Shown here in pieces: positions 37,631 through 50,401 of a DNA stretch of 64,000 nucleotides. The DNA is from Thecamonas trahens ATCC 50062 (lineage: Eukaryota; Protista; Apusomonadida): positions 36,066-100,065 of the forward strand of contig NW_013657607.1 of NCBI RefSeq assembly GCF_000142905.1, written 5' to 3'. Each line of letters begins with the position of its first letter. The stretch's first letter is position 1. Under the pieces are notes generated by a model. It searched no databases, had not been told where the DNA came from, and worked only from the letters and a program-made list of their open reading frames with translations. Position numbers and translations under genes: made by a program.

Positions 37631-40600
37631 TCACAGCTCGTCCAGACGGGCCCAAGATGGGAGGTAGTGGTCGGCGAGGCGGGCGTAGAGAGCGCGGCAG
37701 GTGAGGGCAAGAGCAATGCCGTCCGCGTGTGAGAGGTGGGTGAGCAGGTGGTAGTGGAGGAGCTCAGGCGGGAGGTGGAGGAGGAGGCGCGGATCGCGGG
37801 CGCCCGACCCCGCGTCGGCCAGCGGCGGCCGGAGCCTGCCGGCGAGGACGATGGGCGGGTGCGAGGCTGTGACGGCGAGGCCAGTCTGCAGGCCAACGGC
37901 CACGGCATCGACGTACACTCCGCCAGATCGCACCGGCCCGCATCCGCTCAGCGTGTTGTGTCCGGGCATCGTGCCGGCCGCCGCCGCCACCCGCATCGCC
38001 ACCGCCCGCGGGAGGTAGAGGGCCAGTACGGCGACGGGCGGCGAGAGGTAGCCGCCGGTGCCATCGGGCGCCCAAACCGCCAGCTGCTCGCGGCCCCAGG
38101 AGAGGAGCTTTCCATCAGCAGCCTCTAGCGCATCGGCCAGCACCCGCGACGGCTGCTGCAGCACTGATGTCGCTGAATCGCCAAACGCCCCGCCGCCCAC
38201 CCTCGCCCACACCCGCAGCGTCCCGTCGTACGACCACGAGACCAGGCCGCCGTTGCGTCGCACCAGCACACCCTTGACCCCGCGGGTGTGCCCGCCGAGC
38301 ACCTGTGCCGCCCGGGCCTCGTACAGCCCGCGGCCTCGCTCGCGCTCGCGCTCGTCATCGCCATCGCCATCGCCATCGCCATCGCCATCGCCATCGCCAT
38401 TGCCATCATCCTCCATCGCCCGCCACACCCGCACTGCTCCGTCGCCAGAGCACGAGACAATGTGTGGGAGGGCGCCTGTGTGGCGCTCGAGGCGGACGGC
38501 GCCACGGACCCAGCCTGTGGGGCAGGCGAGCTGCTGCAGCCGCTGATAGCCGGCATGCGTGCCGGGCGCTACCGATGGGGACGGCGGGGCAGGCGCCCAG
38601 ATGACCATAGTCGGCTCCTTGGACCAGGTGAGGAGGACGGGGAGGGTGACCGTAGGATGAGGCGTCGGATCGGCATCGCAGTCGAGGTCGTCGGCGATGG
38701 CGCCGTGGCGGAGGACAAGGACGCCGAGGACGTCGCTGGCGTGGGCGTCGATGGTGGCCACAGGCGCGGCGAGGTATGCCTTGGCCTCGGGCTCGTCCGC
38801 CTGCCAGACAGCAACCGAGCCATCGGCGGCCCAGGTGGCGAGGAGTGGGAGGCGGCCCCATCGGCGGCGCGGCGAGGCGACGGCAGCGCCGAGCACGGGT
38901 GCATCGTGCCCGCAGAGCTGCTGCGCGCCTGCAGCGTCACCAGCACCGCGGACCATGCGCCACAGCCGGAGACAGCACCCAGCGTCATCGCTCCCGCCCC
39001 AGGTGGCCAGTGCCAAGGCCCGTGGCCCGGGCGTGAGAGCGACCACGCCCGCGGCGCTGCCTGCGCCTGCTGCGCGCCCGGCGCGCGACGCGCTCGACGA
39101 CGGGCGCCACATCCGCAGCGCGCAGTCTGTCGACCACGAAAGCACGCTCCGCGCGTCGGGTGTCACCACCGCGCCGACCAGCGGATAGCCGAGGCGGTAG
39201 CTCGTCGTTGTCCCGTCCGCTGGCAGCCAGACGGCCACCCGCCCGGCGCCTGGGCGCGCGCCAGACCATCCCACCACCACCGCCGCCCCATCGCACGCCA
39301 CCACGGCGCCGGCGCCGAGGAGCGGGCCCTCGACGGCGAGCTGCGCCATCGCATCGGCGGCCGGCACAGCCTCGCCCTCGCCCTCGGTCCTGGCTGCCAG
39401 CGGTGCATGCCACATGGCCACCAAACCGTCGGCCCGCCACGCCACAACCGCGCCGCATGGCCCGCCAACGACGCCCGCGATGTCTGCCCACGGCGCGACG
39501 AGGCGGGCGATGGGGACGAGGACGGCCGGCGCAGCGGGCAGGGCGCCGATGATGACGACGACGCTTCCGGCCCAGGCCGCCACCGCCGGGAGCGGATAGG
39601 CGGAGCTGAGTGACACCACGCCGTCCAGCAGCGCCTGGCCGAGACCGGAGATCGGCGCCATGGTGGTGGCGTACGGCGGCGAGCTCTTGGTGAGGACGAC
39701 CTCGGCGGCGCCGCGGGCCCAGCGGACGATGACCGGCTCGAGGGTGGCGACGATGGCCACCGCGGGCGGACCGGGTGCGGAGACGAGGGCAGGGACGGCC
39801 GAGAGGGCGGCGTGGAGGACGAGTCCGCCGAGAGCGTCGACTCGCCAGATGCCCGCGCTGCCATCGGCGGCCAACGAGACGGCGCCAAAGGCAGTGCTCT
39901 CGCCGCGGGCGCGGAGTGCTACCAGCGCCACCAGCGGGCCGGGCCTCGGATGGACGACCTGGGTCGGGACGGCGTGGTACGCCATCTCGCCTCCCGCCGC
40001 GTCCGATCCGGCACCGATGGGCGTCCACACCACCAGGCGCCCGGAGGGGGTGCCGGCGACGACGGTGAGCAGCTGGACGGGCGCGGGCGATGTCGATGAC
40101 GATGCCGATGCCGATGGCGGCAGGTGCGCGGCCAGGGCGACGACGGCCATCGGCGTGTGACGGGTCTTGAGCGGCGGGGCCGAGGCGGTGGCGAGGCGAG
40201 CGAGGACGGCACCGCGGTCTGTGTCGACGACCCAGGCCGAGCCGACCGAGTCGACGGCGACGGCGAGGCCCGCGGCGCAGGCGTCGACGGCGACGGTGGA
40301 GGCGATGAGCGGGATGGGCTCCTCGGTGAGGACCGGCCGCGGCAGCGGGGTGAGCGGGACGACCGATGGGGCCGGAGCGCAGAGGGCGGCGCGCAGGAGC
40401 GGCATCAACTCACGCGGCGCGCCCTCACCGCCGAGATGGGCGACTAGCTCGCCGGGCAGCGAGGTCGGCTCGCCGAGGTCCATGGTGGCGCCGGCGCGCA
40501 GGGCGCCGACCAAGGCGCCGAGCTCATGCCCGGCGCTGGTGCAGGCGAGAGTGTCGATGACCAGCCCGTCGACGGCGCACACCGCCGATCCGCACATCCG

Positions 40601-42088
40601 CCGCACCAGGTACCCGAGGTCGGTAAGCGCCGCTGCAGCGCCAGCCGCGCAGCCGACCTCCACAACTGCCGCCGTCCCGCGGCGGACGGCCCACGAGCCC
40701 GTCGCCCCGCTGCGCAGCGCCGCTGCTGCCAGCCGTTCGAGCGCCATCATTCCGCTGCTCGCCGGCGATGCTCCGGCTGCCGCCGCCGCTACCGCCGCCG
40801 CCGCAAGAGGCGGCCATCGGGCGGGCCCGCCAGGAAGAGCGGTGCTCACCAGGGCGAGGGCAAGCGCTGCAGCTGCGGGGCGCGGGAGGAGCTCGCCAAG
40901 CGCGCTGCGGACGATGGAGGGGATGACCCGCTCATTGTATGCGTCGTGGGCGAGCGAGAGTAGGCCGGCATCGTGGAGCTGGGCGACGAGCGCGTGGGCG
41001 GCGGGCATGTCGGCGCCGGTGATGGCGGCGACAAAGGCGGCGAGCATGGCCGGCGCGACACCGGCGGTGGGCGGGAGGGCGGCGAGGGTTGCGAGGAGTC
41101 CGCGGGCCGGCGGGGCGCATGCGGCGAGGGCGCCGGCGACCAGATCGGTGAGGGCGCCGGTGGGCGGGGCGGAGGTCCAGGCGGCGAGCGCAGCCGCAGT
41201 GGGCTCGTCGCTGCGGGCGCGGGCATGGGCGGGATGGCCACGGCGGCCGAGGGTGCGGCGACCCAGAGCGGGACGGTGGCCGCGACCGGGTCGATGGCGA
41301 GGACGGCGTGCGGCGGACGGATGGCGGAGGTGAGGAGGGCGAGATGGGCGGCGTCCGGCAGCGGATCGACCACCAGCAGCAGCGCGTGGCCGGCGCGGGC
41401 CATGGCGAGCAGCAGCCGCTGCATCTCAAGCACAAGCACCCGCGCGTTGACGGTTCGCGCCGCCAGTGGACACGTCGCCGGATCGAGGCTGGTCAGCGCG
41501 TCGAGCGTGGACGCGAGCGTCGAGGCGAGCGACGGCGGCCACGGGAGGGCGCAGACGGCGACGGGGACAATGGCAGTAAACGCGCCGCAAGAGTCGAGCG
41601 CAGCGCCAAGCGCCTCGCCCAACGCCTGCTCGGGCGGCGAGCCGACGCCGACCGCCGGCCGCCAGCCGCTTCCCAGCACTGCGGGCGCCCGGCCCAAGGC
41701 GAGCGCCGGTGCCTCGCCGGCGGGCACGACGACAACCGCCGCGGGTACCGCCGTCAGCGCGCCAACCACCTCGCTGGCCCATTGGGCGGCCCATTCGTCG
41801 ACCGACGAGGCAGTCGGCGGGGCGGTCGGCCAGGTGCCGCTGATGGCAGGCCCAGGCGCCACGAGGTGCATGGCGGCCGGCCCGCGCGGCGGTTGGGGGC
41901 TTGGCGAACGCGGCGTGGTCGACAGGCTTGAAGAAGTCGAGGTGGAGCCCGACGGATCGGTGGCAGCCAGGACCGCCGACAGCAGGCGGCCGCGCTTGAC
42001 CGGGCGTGGTGAGTGGGCATGTGCCGTAGACTCGCGGCGCTTTCGTGGGGACGATGCGGCGAGCGGCGGGAGGCGGCCCGACGACGAC

Positions 42089-42121
<33 letters not shown>

Positions 42122-42135
42122 ATGTAGGTGTCCAT
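37631..42135 (-). CDS. Degenerate STAND/NB-ARC-like domain, WD40 repeats and C-terminal F-box-like motif; frameshift at about 41220
   Basis: WD40s (LGGHTRGVKGV...LVSWSYDGTLRVW; IVSCSGDGAVRVW; LATWAADGSVAVW). Terminal LLLHLPPELLHYHLLTHLSHADGIALALTCRALY. The upstream frame has a Walker-B-like LLLVVD followed by a winged-helix-like segment. The frame is open upstream of 41047 to about 41220. Confidence 0.7.
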
Positions 42136-42234
42136 CACTGCCAATGAATGTAGGTGAGCAGGATGGTCGTGACCAGCAGCAGTAGCAGTACAGCACCGAC
42201 TTGGAGCACTGGTCGTAGCAAAGAGGAGAAGGGG

Positions 42235-43043
42235 CAGCAGTCAGCGATGAGCGGCAGCAGCGATGAGCAGCAGCAACGATGAGCAGCAGCAACGATGAGC
42301 AGCAGTCAGCGATGAGCAGCAGCAGCGATGAGCAGCAGCAGTCACCGGCAATCAGCAGCAGACAGCAGCAGCAGTCAGCAGCAGCAGTCAGCAGCAGCAG
42401 TCAGCAGCAGCAATCAGCAGCAGCGATGAGCAGCAGCAACGATGAGCAGCAGCAACGATGAGCAGCAGTCAGCGATGAGCAGCAGCAGCGATGAGCAGCA
42501 GCAGTCACCGGCAATCAGCAGCAGTCAGCAGCAGCAGTCAGCAGCAGCGATGAGCAGCAGCAGCGATGAGCAGCAGCAGCGATGAGCAGCAGCAACGATG
42601 AGCAGCAGCAACGATGAGCAGCAGTCAGCGATGAGCAGCAGCAGCGATGAGCAGCAGCAGTCACCGGCAATCAGCAGCAGACAGCAGCAGCAGTCAGCAG
42701 CAGCGATGAGCAGCAGCAGCGATGAGCAGCAGCAACGATGAGCAGCAGCAACGATGAGCAGCAGCAGCGATGAGCAGCAGCAGCGATGAGCAGCAGCAGT
42801 CACCGGCAATCAGCAGCAGACAGCAGCAGCAGTCAGCAGCAGCGATGAGCAGCAGCAGCGATGAGCAGCAGCAACGATGAGCAGCAGCAACGATGAGTCA
42901 GCAGCAGCGATGAGCAGCAGCAATGGGCAGCAGCAGTCACCGGCAATCAGCAGCAGCAGTCAGCAGCAGCGATGAGCAGCAGCAATGGGCAGCAGCAGTC
43001 ACCGGCAATCAGCAGCAGCGATGAGCAGCAGCAGTCACCGGCA
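42235..43043. repeat. Complex CAG-based satellite (cagcagcagcgatgag / cagcagtcaccggcaat units)
   Basis: About 800 bp of degenerate tandem units with higher-order duplication. Confidence 0.92.
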
Positions 43044-43959
43044 AGCAACCGCCCAGCCACAACAGCCTCGCCACACACACTATGCGAGTGATCCCAGGAG
43101 AGTACACGGGCAAGCCAATGTCGTTGGCCAGTCCCTACGCCCAACGCCGGCACCTCGCCTGCTCCGGTCTAGCCCTTGCGCCCACAGCCAATGCAGTCCA
43201 CACGACCTCTGTCTGTTCTCCCTCGCTTCCTCACTACTCACTTGCCCGCCGCCAGCTGCCTCAACCACCACTCGGTCCGTCCCCGGTGGCTCTGCCAGAC
43301 AAGTGCTCCGCTTTCTCTCGGCTCTTCCACACACTCTCCACTCTCGTCGCCTCTCCACCTCGCCCTCTCTGGCCTCTCTCGCTCTCGCTCCTCGTCGGGC
43401 TATCCCTCAGCCGAGTCGGGCCAATGTCCCACGGGAAACGTTTTCATGTCGACTCGAGTCAACGCAGTCAATTTTTGTCCCTCTGCCGAACTATCACTTC
43501 TCCTCGCCATCAAAACGGACGTCGGAGGACGGCGAGGTGGGCTGCTATGGGTAGAGGAGGACCGGTGCTCGTTGTGGTGATATAAGGGGGAGAGGGGGGA
43601 GGGGGGAGTGGGAGGGGGGGGGGGAGGGGGGGGAGGAGTGGAGTGGAGGAGGACGCGGGGAGGGGGAGGCTGGCAAGGAAAGCGTGAGCGGAAGTGAGGC
43701 GAGAAAAAAGGTGACTACACATGTTGAGGCGTTCAACTCAGCCTCACAGGTGCTAGCGCAGACATGCCGCTATCGCGCACACAACAACTCCGCTGCCATT
43801 TATGTAAGCTTGACATCACAATGACAGGCCTCAGTCCCCTCCTCTAGCCGCTGCTGACACCGTACTCTCTCCCAACCTCTCTGCTCTTGCTGCAAAAAAA
43901 AAGAGAACCCCCGGCCCACACCGGCACTTCCACAACTCACCCCCTCTCCCCTCCCCCCC

Positions 43960-44157
43960 NNNNNNNNNNNNNNNNNNNNNNNNNNNNNNNNNNNNNNNNN
44001 NNNNNNNNNNNNNNNNNNNNNNNNNNNNNNNNNNNNNNNNNNNNNNNNNNNNNNNNNNNNNNNNNNNNNNNNNNNNNNNNNNNNNNNNNNNNNNNNNNNN
44101 NNNNNNNNNNNNNNNNNNNNNNNNNNNNNNNNNNNNNNNNNNNNNNNNNNNNNNNNN
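43960..44157. other. Assembly gap (N run)
   Basis: Run of N. Confidence 1.
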
Positions 44158-44374
44158 TCCCTCCCCCCCCCCGTCCCCCGCATCAACTACCCTCGGATTA
44201 TGCTCGGGTGCCGAAAAAGGTCGTGAAAACCAGGTGCGATCGATCAGCCGACGTCACCCGGTCGTCGACGGGGAGGCTCACCACGAGGGGGGGGAGGGGA
44301 CCAGGCAGCTCTGGAGAAGACGGAGGAGGTAAGAAGGCACTTGACTTTCTCAGGCAGAGACACAAGTGCAGAGG

Positions 44375-47300
44375 ATGGCGACCGGGGAGCTTGTGACGTC
44401 CCTTGCGCTCGCCATTGGGGAGGAGCTCCTCTCTGCCCCGCGACACCGCATGCCACTCGGCCGACTCGCCGCTGCTCTGGCAGCCACACCGGCATGGACA
44501 GCCATTGCCCCGCTGGTACCCTCGCTCTCGGCCCTGCTCCAAGCCCATGCTGCTGAGCTCCAAATTCATTTGCTGGCGAAGAACGGCAATGGCAATGGCA
44601 ATGGCAATGGCAATGGCAATGGCAATGAACGGCAATGGCAACGGCAATGGCAATGGCAATGGCAATGGCAATGGCAATGGCAATGGCAATGGCAATGGCA
44701 ATGGCAATGGCAATGGCATGCGACGGAACGGGAAAGGCCTCCAGACTGCTGGCGGGCGTCACTCGTCGGCATCGGCATCGGGTGGGAGCGGGGACGGAAG
44801 CGGGAGCGTGATGGTTGTTGCCCATCCTCGTGCGTATCTGCTGGAACGATGTGGTGGTTGTGGCGCTGTCACGGGCTGCATTCATACTGCTCTAGCGGCG
44901 GCTGGTGGTCGCTGTGCCAAGGAGGGCAATGTGTGTGCCATCTGCTGTGCTGTTGTCGATCATGATCCGCGCTGTGATTACTGCCACGTCGAGGTCTATG
45001 TCGTGCGGGACGAGCCGCTGCCTGAGGCCTGGGCCGGCCGAGGGAGCGCTGCCAGCGACGCCCCGGGCAAGGGCGGCAAGGGCAAGGGCGGCACGGCAAG
45101 GGCAAGGGCAAGGGCAAGGACAAGGGCGGGAAGCGTGGGCAAAAGGTGACGGTGAGCTACGTGGCGCCACCACCACAGCCTACCTTTGCACTCCGCCCCA
45201 TCGCCTCGCAGCGGTCGACGGCCGGCGGCAAGGCGGTGCCGCTGGACGACTCGCGCCTGTTCCCGCTTGTCGAGCTCACCAGTGGCGGGTACTCGATGTG
45301 CAACTCGGCGGGCAACTGCCGGTTCGGCGACGAGTGCAAGTGGGCGCACTCGTACGAAGAGTCGTGCTACTGGAACGCCATCACCGAGTGGCCCGGCTCG
45401 GCCGGGTGGACCTCGTTCTACCACATCCTCGACGTCTCGGTCGACTTTGCCTACGTCGACCTGTTTGACTTTCTCGGGCCTGACGGCGGCGACGACTTTG
45501 TCTACCGGCCCGAGGACTTTGGCCCGGACCCGGTGCCGTCGCCGTCGTCGGCGCTGGTGAGCCTTCCGGCGCCGACGCCGACGCCGGCCATTCCCGACGC
45601 CGACTCGCTGGCCCTCGCTGCGCCGCCTGATGAGTACGTCAGGCCGTCGGCGGACGGGCAGCCGACCAAGCTCTCCGAGGCGGCGCTGGGCGCAGTGCCG
45701 GCTCCGCTTCTCCGCGCGCTGGCGGTTCTCCTGCGGCGGACGGTCTACGCCGCGCCGCTGAGCGTTCTCCGCGTCTCGTCGCTCGCTCAGCTCGTGTGCG
45801 AGTCGTGGGAGTGGCTGCAAGTCGCTGCTGAGCTCCCGCCGACCACCTCCCTCCATGATCTGCTGCTCTCTGCGGCGAGCAAGCTCGGGCTTGCTGTGGA
45901 GAGGGGCATGGCTGGCGTTTACGCTTACGCGCGGGTCTGCCTGTGGGAGGACGTGGCGAGCGCGACAGCGCTGGCGCTGCACCTCGCGCCGCCGAGCGGC
46001 ATGCCGACGTTTCCGCTCTGGAGCGAGAGCCACCAGCGCAAGTTTGCCTGCGCCCACTGCTACACCGAACCGGCCGGCTCGGCTGCGTTTGGCATTGTCG
46101 ACTACCTCGACGAGGCGCCGCCGCTGGGCATGCCGGCGCAGGTCGACCCGCACTCGTCTGATCCGCTGACCTTCAAGCGCGGCGCATGCCCCAAGTGCCA
46201 CAAGCCATGGCACTGCCTCATTCTCGCCTCGGCCAAGAACAGCAGCCCCATGTGGACGCCCATCCGGCCGTGCCCCATTGTCAACTGCGCGCCGCCCAAG
46301 CGGTTCATCCTCTGCAACTCGGGCCCGGGCGCCTGCCGCTCCGGTACCGACTGCGGCTTTGCCCACTCGGAGGTCGAGCTCCACGAGTGGAACTACGACC
46401 GCCCATCGATCGACGACCGCATCGTAGCCCTCCTCGCTGCGCAGGCCTTTCCCCAGCGCCTCGTCCCGTCGGTCGTTGCCTCGCTCGTCTGCCGCTTCTG
46501 CTACGAGAAGACAGGCGCCCGCACCCACGCCCGCGGCCCTCGCCCGACAAGCGGAACACGGCCGAGACTTCGCGCGACCGGACCATCATGTGCGACAAGC
46601 TCGACGGCCACAGCAACAAGCGCCATCTCTGGCTGCCGCACATTCCTGACGATGTCTTGCCGTCGCCGGCGGCGGCAGCGGCGACGGCAGCACCCGATGC
46701 CGCAGCCTACCCGCATGCCGCCGTCCCGGGCTACGGCGGCGGCGCCGGGTATGGACCTGCGGACGTGCGCCAAGGCCTCGCGCCGGGCGAGCAGCAGACG
46801 GCCATGCAGCAGGCCATGCAGCAGCAGGCCATGCTCCAGCAGCAGGCCATGCTCAAGCAGCAGGCCCTGCTCTTGCAGCATCAGCACCACCACCAGCAGC
46901 CGGCGCAGGCACACCACCACCACCACCACCTCGGTAGCATGTCGCTTGCCGGCTTGTCGGTCGGCGGCCGGTCGGTCGACGGCGTGCCAATGGGCGGGAT
47001 GCCGAGCATGCCACCGGTGGTGGCCGGCGGCGGTGGTGGCCAGGGCCTCGTCGGCGTGCTGGGCCAGCTGAGTACGGGCGGCGGCCTGGTGGCTGCTGGC
47101 GCCGAACCGGCACCCAAACCTGAGCCGGTGCTTGAGGCTCAGCCTGAGGCTCAGCCTGAGGCTCAGCCTGAGGCTCAGCCTGAGTCTGAGCCGGCGTCGT
47201 CGCCGTCGCTGCCCGAGTTCGGGCAAGAGCTTGACGTATCGGTCGCACGCCTGCCGCGGCTTGTGGAGGAGGCAACAGCGGGCGGGATGCCGAACGTGCA

Positions 47301-49746
47301 GGTTGCTGGCGCGCTGGCGGCGCTGCTGTACCCGGGTGGGGCGCGGAGCGAGGTCGAGGTGTTTGTGGACGTGAGCGCGGTGGCGCTGCCGGCGTGCGAC
47401 CAGTTTGTGGAGTACGTGCTGGAGGCCATGCAGACGGAGCCCGACAAGCGGCTCCACGCTCTCGGCACGCTGCTTCGGGCCGGGCCGGCGAGGGCGGCGA
47501 CGATGTTCCACGACCTGCTTCTGCTGGAGCAGCTGGCGTCGACCGAGGCGCTGCTGGCGACGGTGGCGTCGTCGCCAGCGACGCCGGAGCTGCGGCGGTT
47601 CGCGGCCGACCTGACGCCTGTGGGGCTGACAGGCCTGGACCCGTCGGCGGTGGTGCATCTTGCCGGGCGCGCTGCGGTGCTCAACGGGGCAGAGCCGATG
47701 CTGCTGGTCAAGCTCGCCGAGTCTGCGGAGGTGCCTGTGGTGGTACCGCTGCTTGGGGCGTCGCCTGCGCTGGGCGAGCTTGTTGTGGCGCTGCCGTCGC
47801 CGATTGCGGCAGCGCTCTCACCGGAGACGGCGCTTCTGGTGGCGGCGGGCGAGTTGACGGTGACCGAGGCAAGCGAGTATACCTTTGCACACATGGCGAT
47901 CAACGCGGCGCGGCTGGAGACGCTGGTGTGCGGCAGCGGGTGCGAAGAGAGCAGGAGCAAGCCGCTGGCCGAGTCGCCCGAGGCTGCGGCGGGGGTGGCG
48001 GGCGAGCTCGGGTGGGCCAGCGACGCGGCCGACGCGCTCGAGCTCGCGCTCTCGGGCGCACACGGTGGTGTGGCGGTCATCTCCGCGGCGGCCGGGAGCG
48101 GGACGGCGGCACTGGTGGCGACGATTGCGGCGGCTTGCAGCGGGGCCAAGGCGAGCGGGGCGGTGGCGCACATTGCGGCGGCGAGCGGGCGGGGCAGCGG
48201 GCGGGTGGCGGTCACGGTGCCGCACCGCAACGCGCTCGCGGCGTTTGGCAGCGAGCTCGCCGCAGTCCTGCCTGGCCAAGCGGGCGAGGTGGTGATGGCG
48301 CTCGGGGTGGGCGAGGAGGCTGTGGGCGCGGTGCCCGGGGCGTGCGGCCCGCTGCCGAGCTACGAGGTGGCGAGTCGGGCGGAGCAGTTTGCTGCGGCGC
48401 GGGTGGTGATGGCGACGGCGGCCGGCGCGGCGCGGATGCACGCCTCGGGCTGCGGCGGCGAGTTTGCGGCGGTGGTGGTGGTGGAGCGTGGCCCGGTGGG
48501 CTCGCTGACGGGCAAGAGCGCGGCGTGGGCCGGGCCGCTGGCGCTGGCCTCGCCGGGGAGCACGGTGGTGGTGGTGGCGGCGACAGGCTCGGCGGCGAGC
48601 GTGGTGCCTGGTGCTGCGAGCGCAGAGCGCGCCGAGGCAGCGGCGGCGGACGACGCGGCGGTGGGCGCGACGACTGCGGCGTCGCTCTCGCCGACCTTTG
48701 GCTCTGTGTGGGCGCCGGGGACGTCGCGGCTGCTGGGCGGGCTGGCGACGCTGCCGCTGGCGGCGGTGGTGGCGCCAGCAACGCCGGCGGTGGTGGTGCG
48801 GACGGTGGTGGAGGCGCACGCGACGCTGGCGGCTCCACGTGCGGCGTTGGGCGAGGCCGGGCTGGTGGCGCCGCATCCGGCGTCGGTGATGGAGGCAGTG
48901 GGCGGCGGCGGACGCGGTTGGATGCCTGAGGCGAGCCGGGTGCTGGCGTCGGACGCACTCTCTGCGCGGGCGCGGGTGTTTCGGCTGGAGCCTGCGGGCG
49001 AGGCCATGGCCATGGCGCTTGTCTCTGCGCTTGCGCTTCTCGGCACGGCGCTGGGCCTGCCGCTGGACGCTGTCGGAGCCATCGGCGCTAGTGCGGGCGA
49101 GGGCGCGGTGTCTGCGGCGGTGGTTGTGGGCGACGCGGCGAGCGCGCGCGAGCTCGCGTGCGCTATGGGCACTGCGCTGCCGGCGTGGGCGGAGGTGACG
49201 CCGGCGGCGGCGATCTCTGCGGCGGCGCAGAGCTTTGACGTTGTCATTGTCGTTGCGGCGGGCGCGATGGCGGCGTCGGAAGCGGCGGCGCGTGTAGCGG
49301 CGGGCGCGGCGCGTGCGGCACTGGTCGTTGTCGTCCCGCACGGCGGCGATGGCGGAGTGTGGGCCGGAGTAGCGGCAGCGGCGGACGGGGAGGCGGCGTG
49401 GGAGGGCTGGGCGCTAGAGTCTGGTGCCTGGCTTGCGTCGCAGCAGCGGCGTGAGGTGCAGCATGCGCTGGCGACGGCCGATGCGGCGCTCCGCCACGCC
49501 CTCGCCGCCATGTCGCCGGTCCTTGCGCTCTCTGCGCCGCTGCGCCAGCTTGCGCAGGCGGTCAGCACCGCCGCGGGAGCGCTGGGCGCGCCCGAGATCG
49601 ACTACGTGAGCGAGATCCGCAGCGGGAGCGTCGTGGGGGGCGGGAGCGACGACGGCGGGCTTGTGGGCTTGTCCGGCCTTGTGGGGCTCGGTAGCCTGCC
49701 TGGCCTGCCTAGTCTGTCTGAGCTCCCTGGTCTGTCTGGCTTGTAA
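44375..49746 (+). CDS. CCCH zinc-finger protein (HELZ/ZC3H7-like fingers) with a Gln/His-rich linker and a degenerate UPF1-like SF1 helicase; frameshifts at about 44627, 45093 and 46530
   Basis: Fingers CNSAGNCRFGDECKWAHSYEE..YW and CNSGPGACRSGTDCGFAHSEVELHEW. Four consecutive ORF segments join by single-base shifts. The C-terminal Ala-rich region retains the SF1B motif order. Confidence 0.65.
44584..44717 (+). repeat. (GGCAAT)n hexamer repeat encoding (GN)n
   Basis: Directly visible; contains the first frameshift of the zinc-finger gene. Confidence 0.9.
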
Positions 49747-49760
49747 AGGATGGTCCGTTT

Positions 49761-50048
49761 GGTGATGGTGATGGTGGTGGTGATGGTGGTGATGGTGATG
49801 GTGATGGTGGTGATGGTGGTGATGGTGGTGGTGATGGTGGTGATGGTGGTGATGGTGATGGTGATGGTGGTGATGGTGGTGATGGTGGTGGTGATGGTGG
49901 TGATGGTGGTGATGGTGGTGGTGGTGATGGTGGTGATGGTGATGGTGATGGCAGTGGTGATGGTGGTGGTGATGGTGATGGTGATGGTGATGGTGATGGC
50001 AGTGGTGATGGTGATGGTGGTGATGGTGATGGTGATGGTGGTGGTGGT
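49761..50048. repeat. (GGT/GAT)n trinucleotide microsatellite
   Basis: Directly visible, intergenic. Confidence 0.95.
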
Positions 50049-50401
50049 ATGTGGCGTGTGTGTGTTCTGTTCATCCCTTACTTCAATTAATCGTTCATCC
50101 ACTCGTTCCATTAATCGTTCATCCCCTCCTCCCTCCCTCCCTCCCTCCCTCCCTCCCTCCCTCCACCTCCCCCCTTCCCCCTCCCTCCCCCCCTCCCCCC
50201 TCCCCCCCCCCCCCCTCCCTCAATCCCTCCATCCCTCCCTCCCTTTGTTCGTTCGTCCCTCCGTCCGTTCGTTCGTCCCTTCGTTTCGCCACTCCCTTCC
50301 CCTTGGCGCCAACCCTCACCCACTCCACCCCCCCACACCCCCACACCCCCACACCCCCACACCCCCACACCCCCACCACCACACCCACCACCACACCCAC
50401 C

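Noticed and set aside
44329-44353. 25-nt GT-AG mini-intron (gtaagaaggcacttgactttctcag) upstream of the zinc-finger gene
   Set aside because: The splice signals look plausible, but it cannot be supported without transcripts and the upstream sequence abuts a gap.
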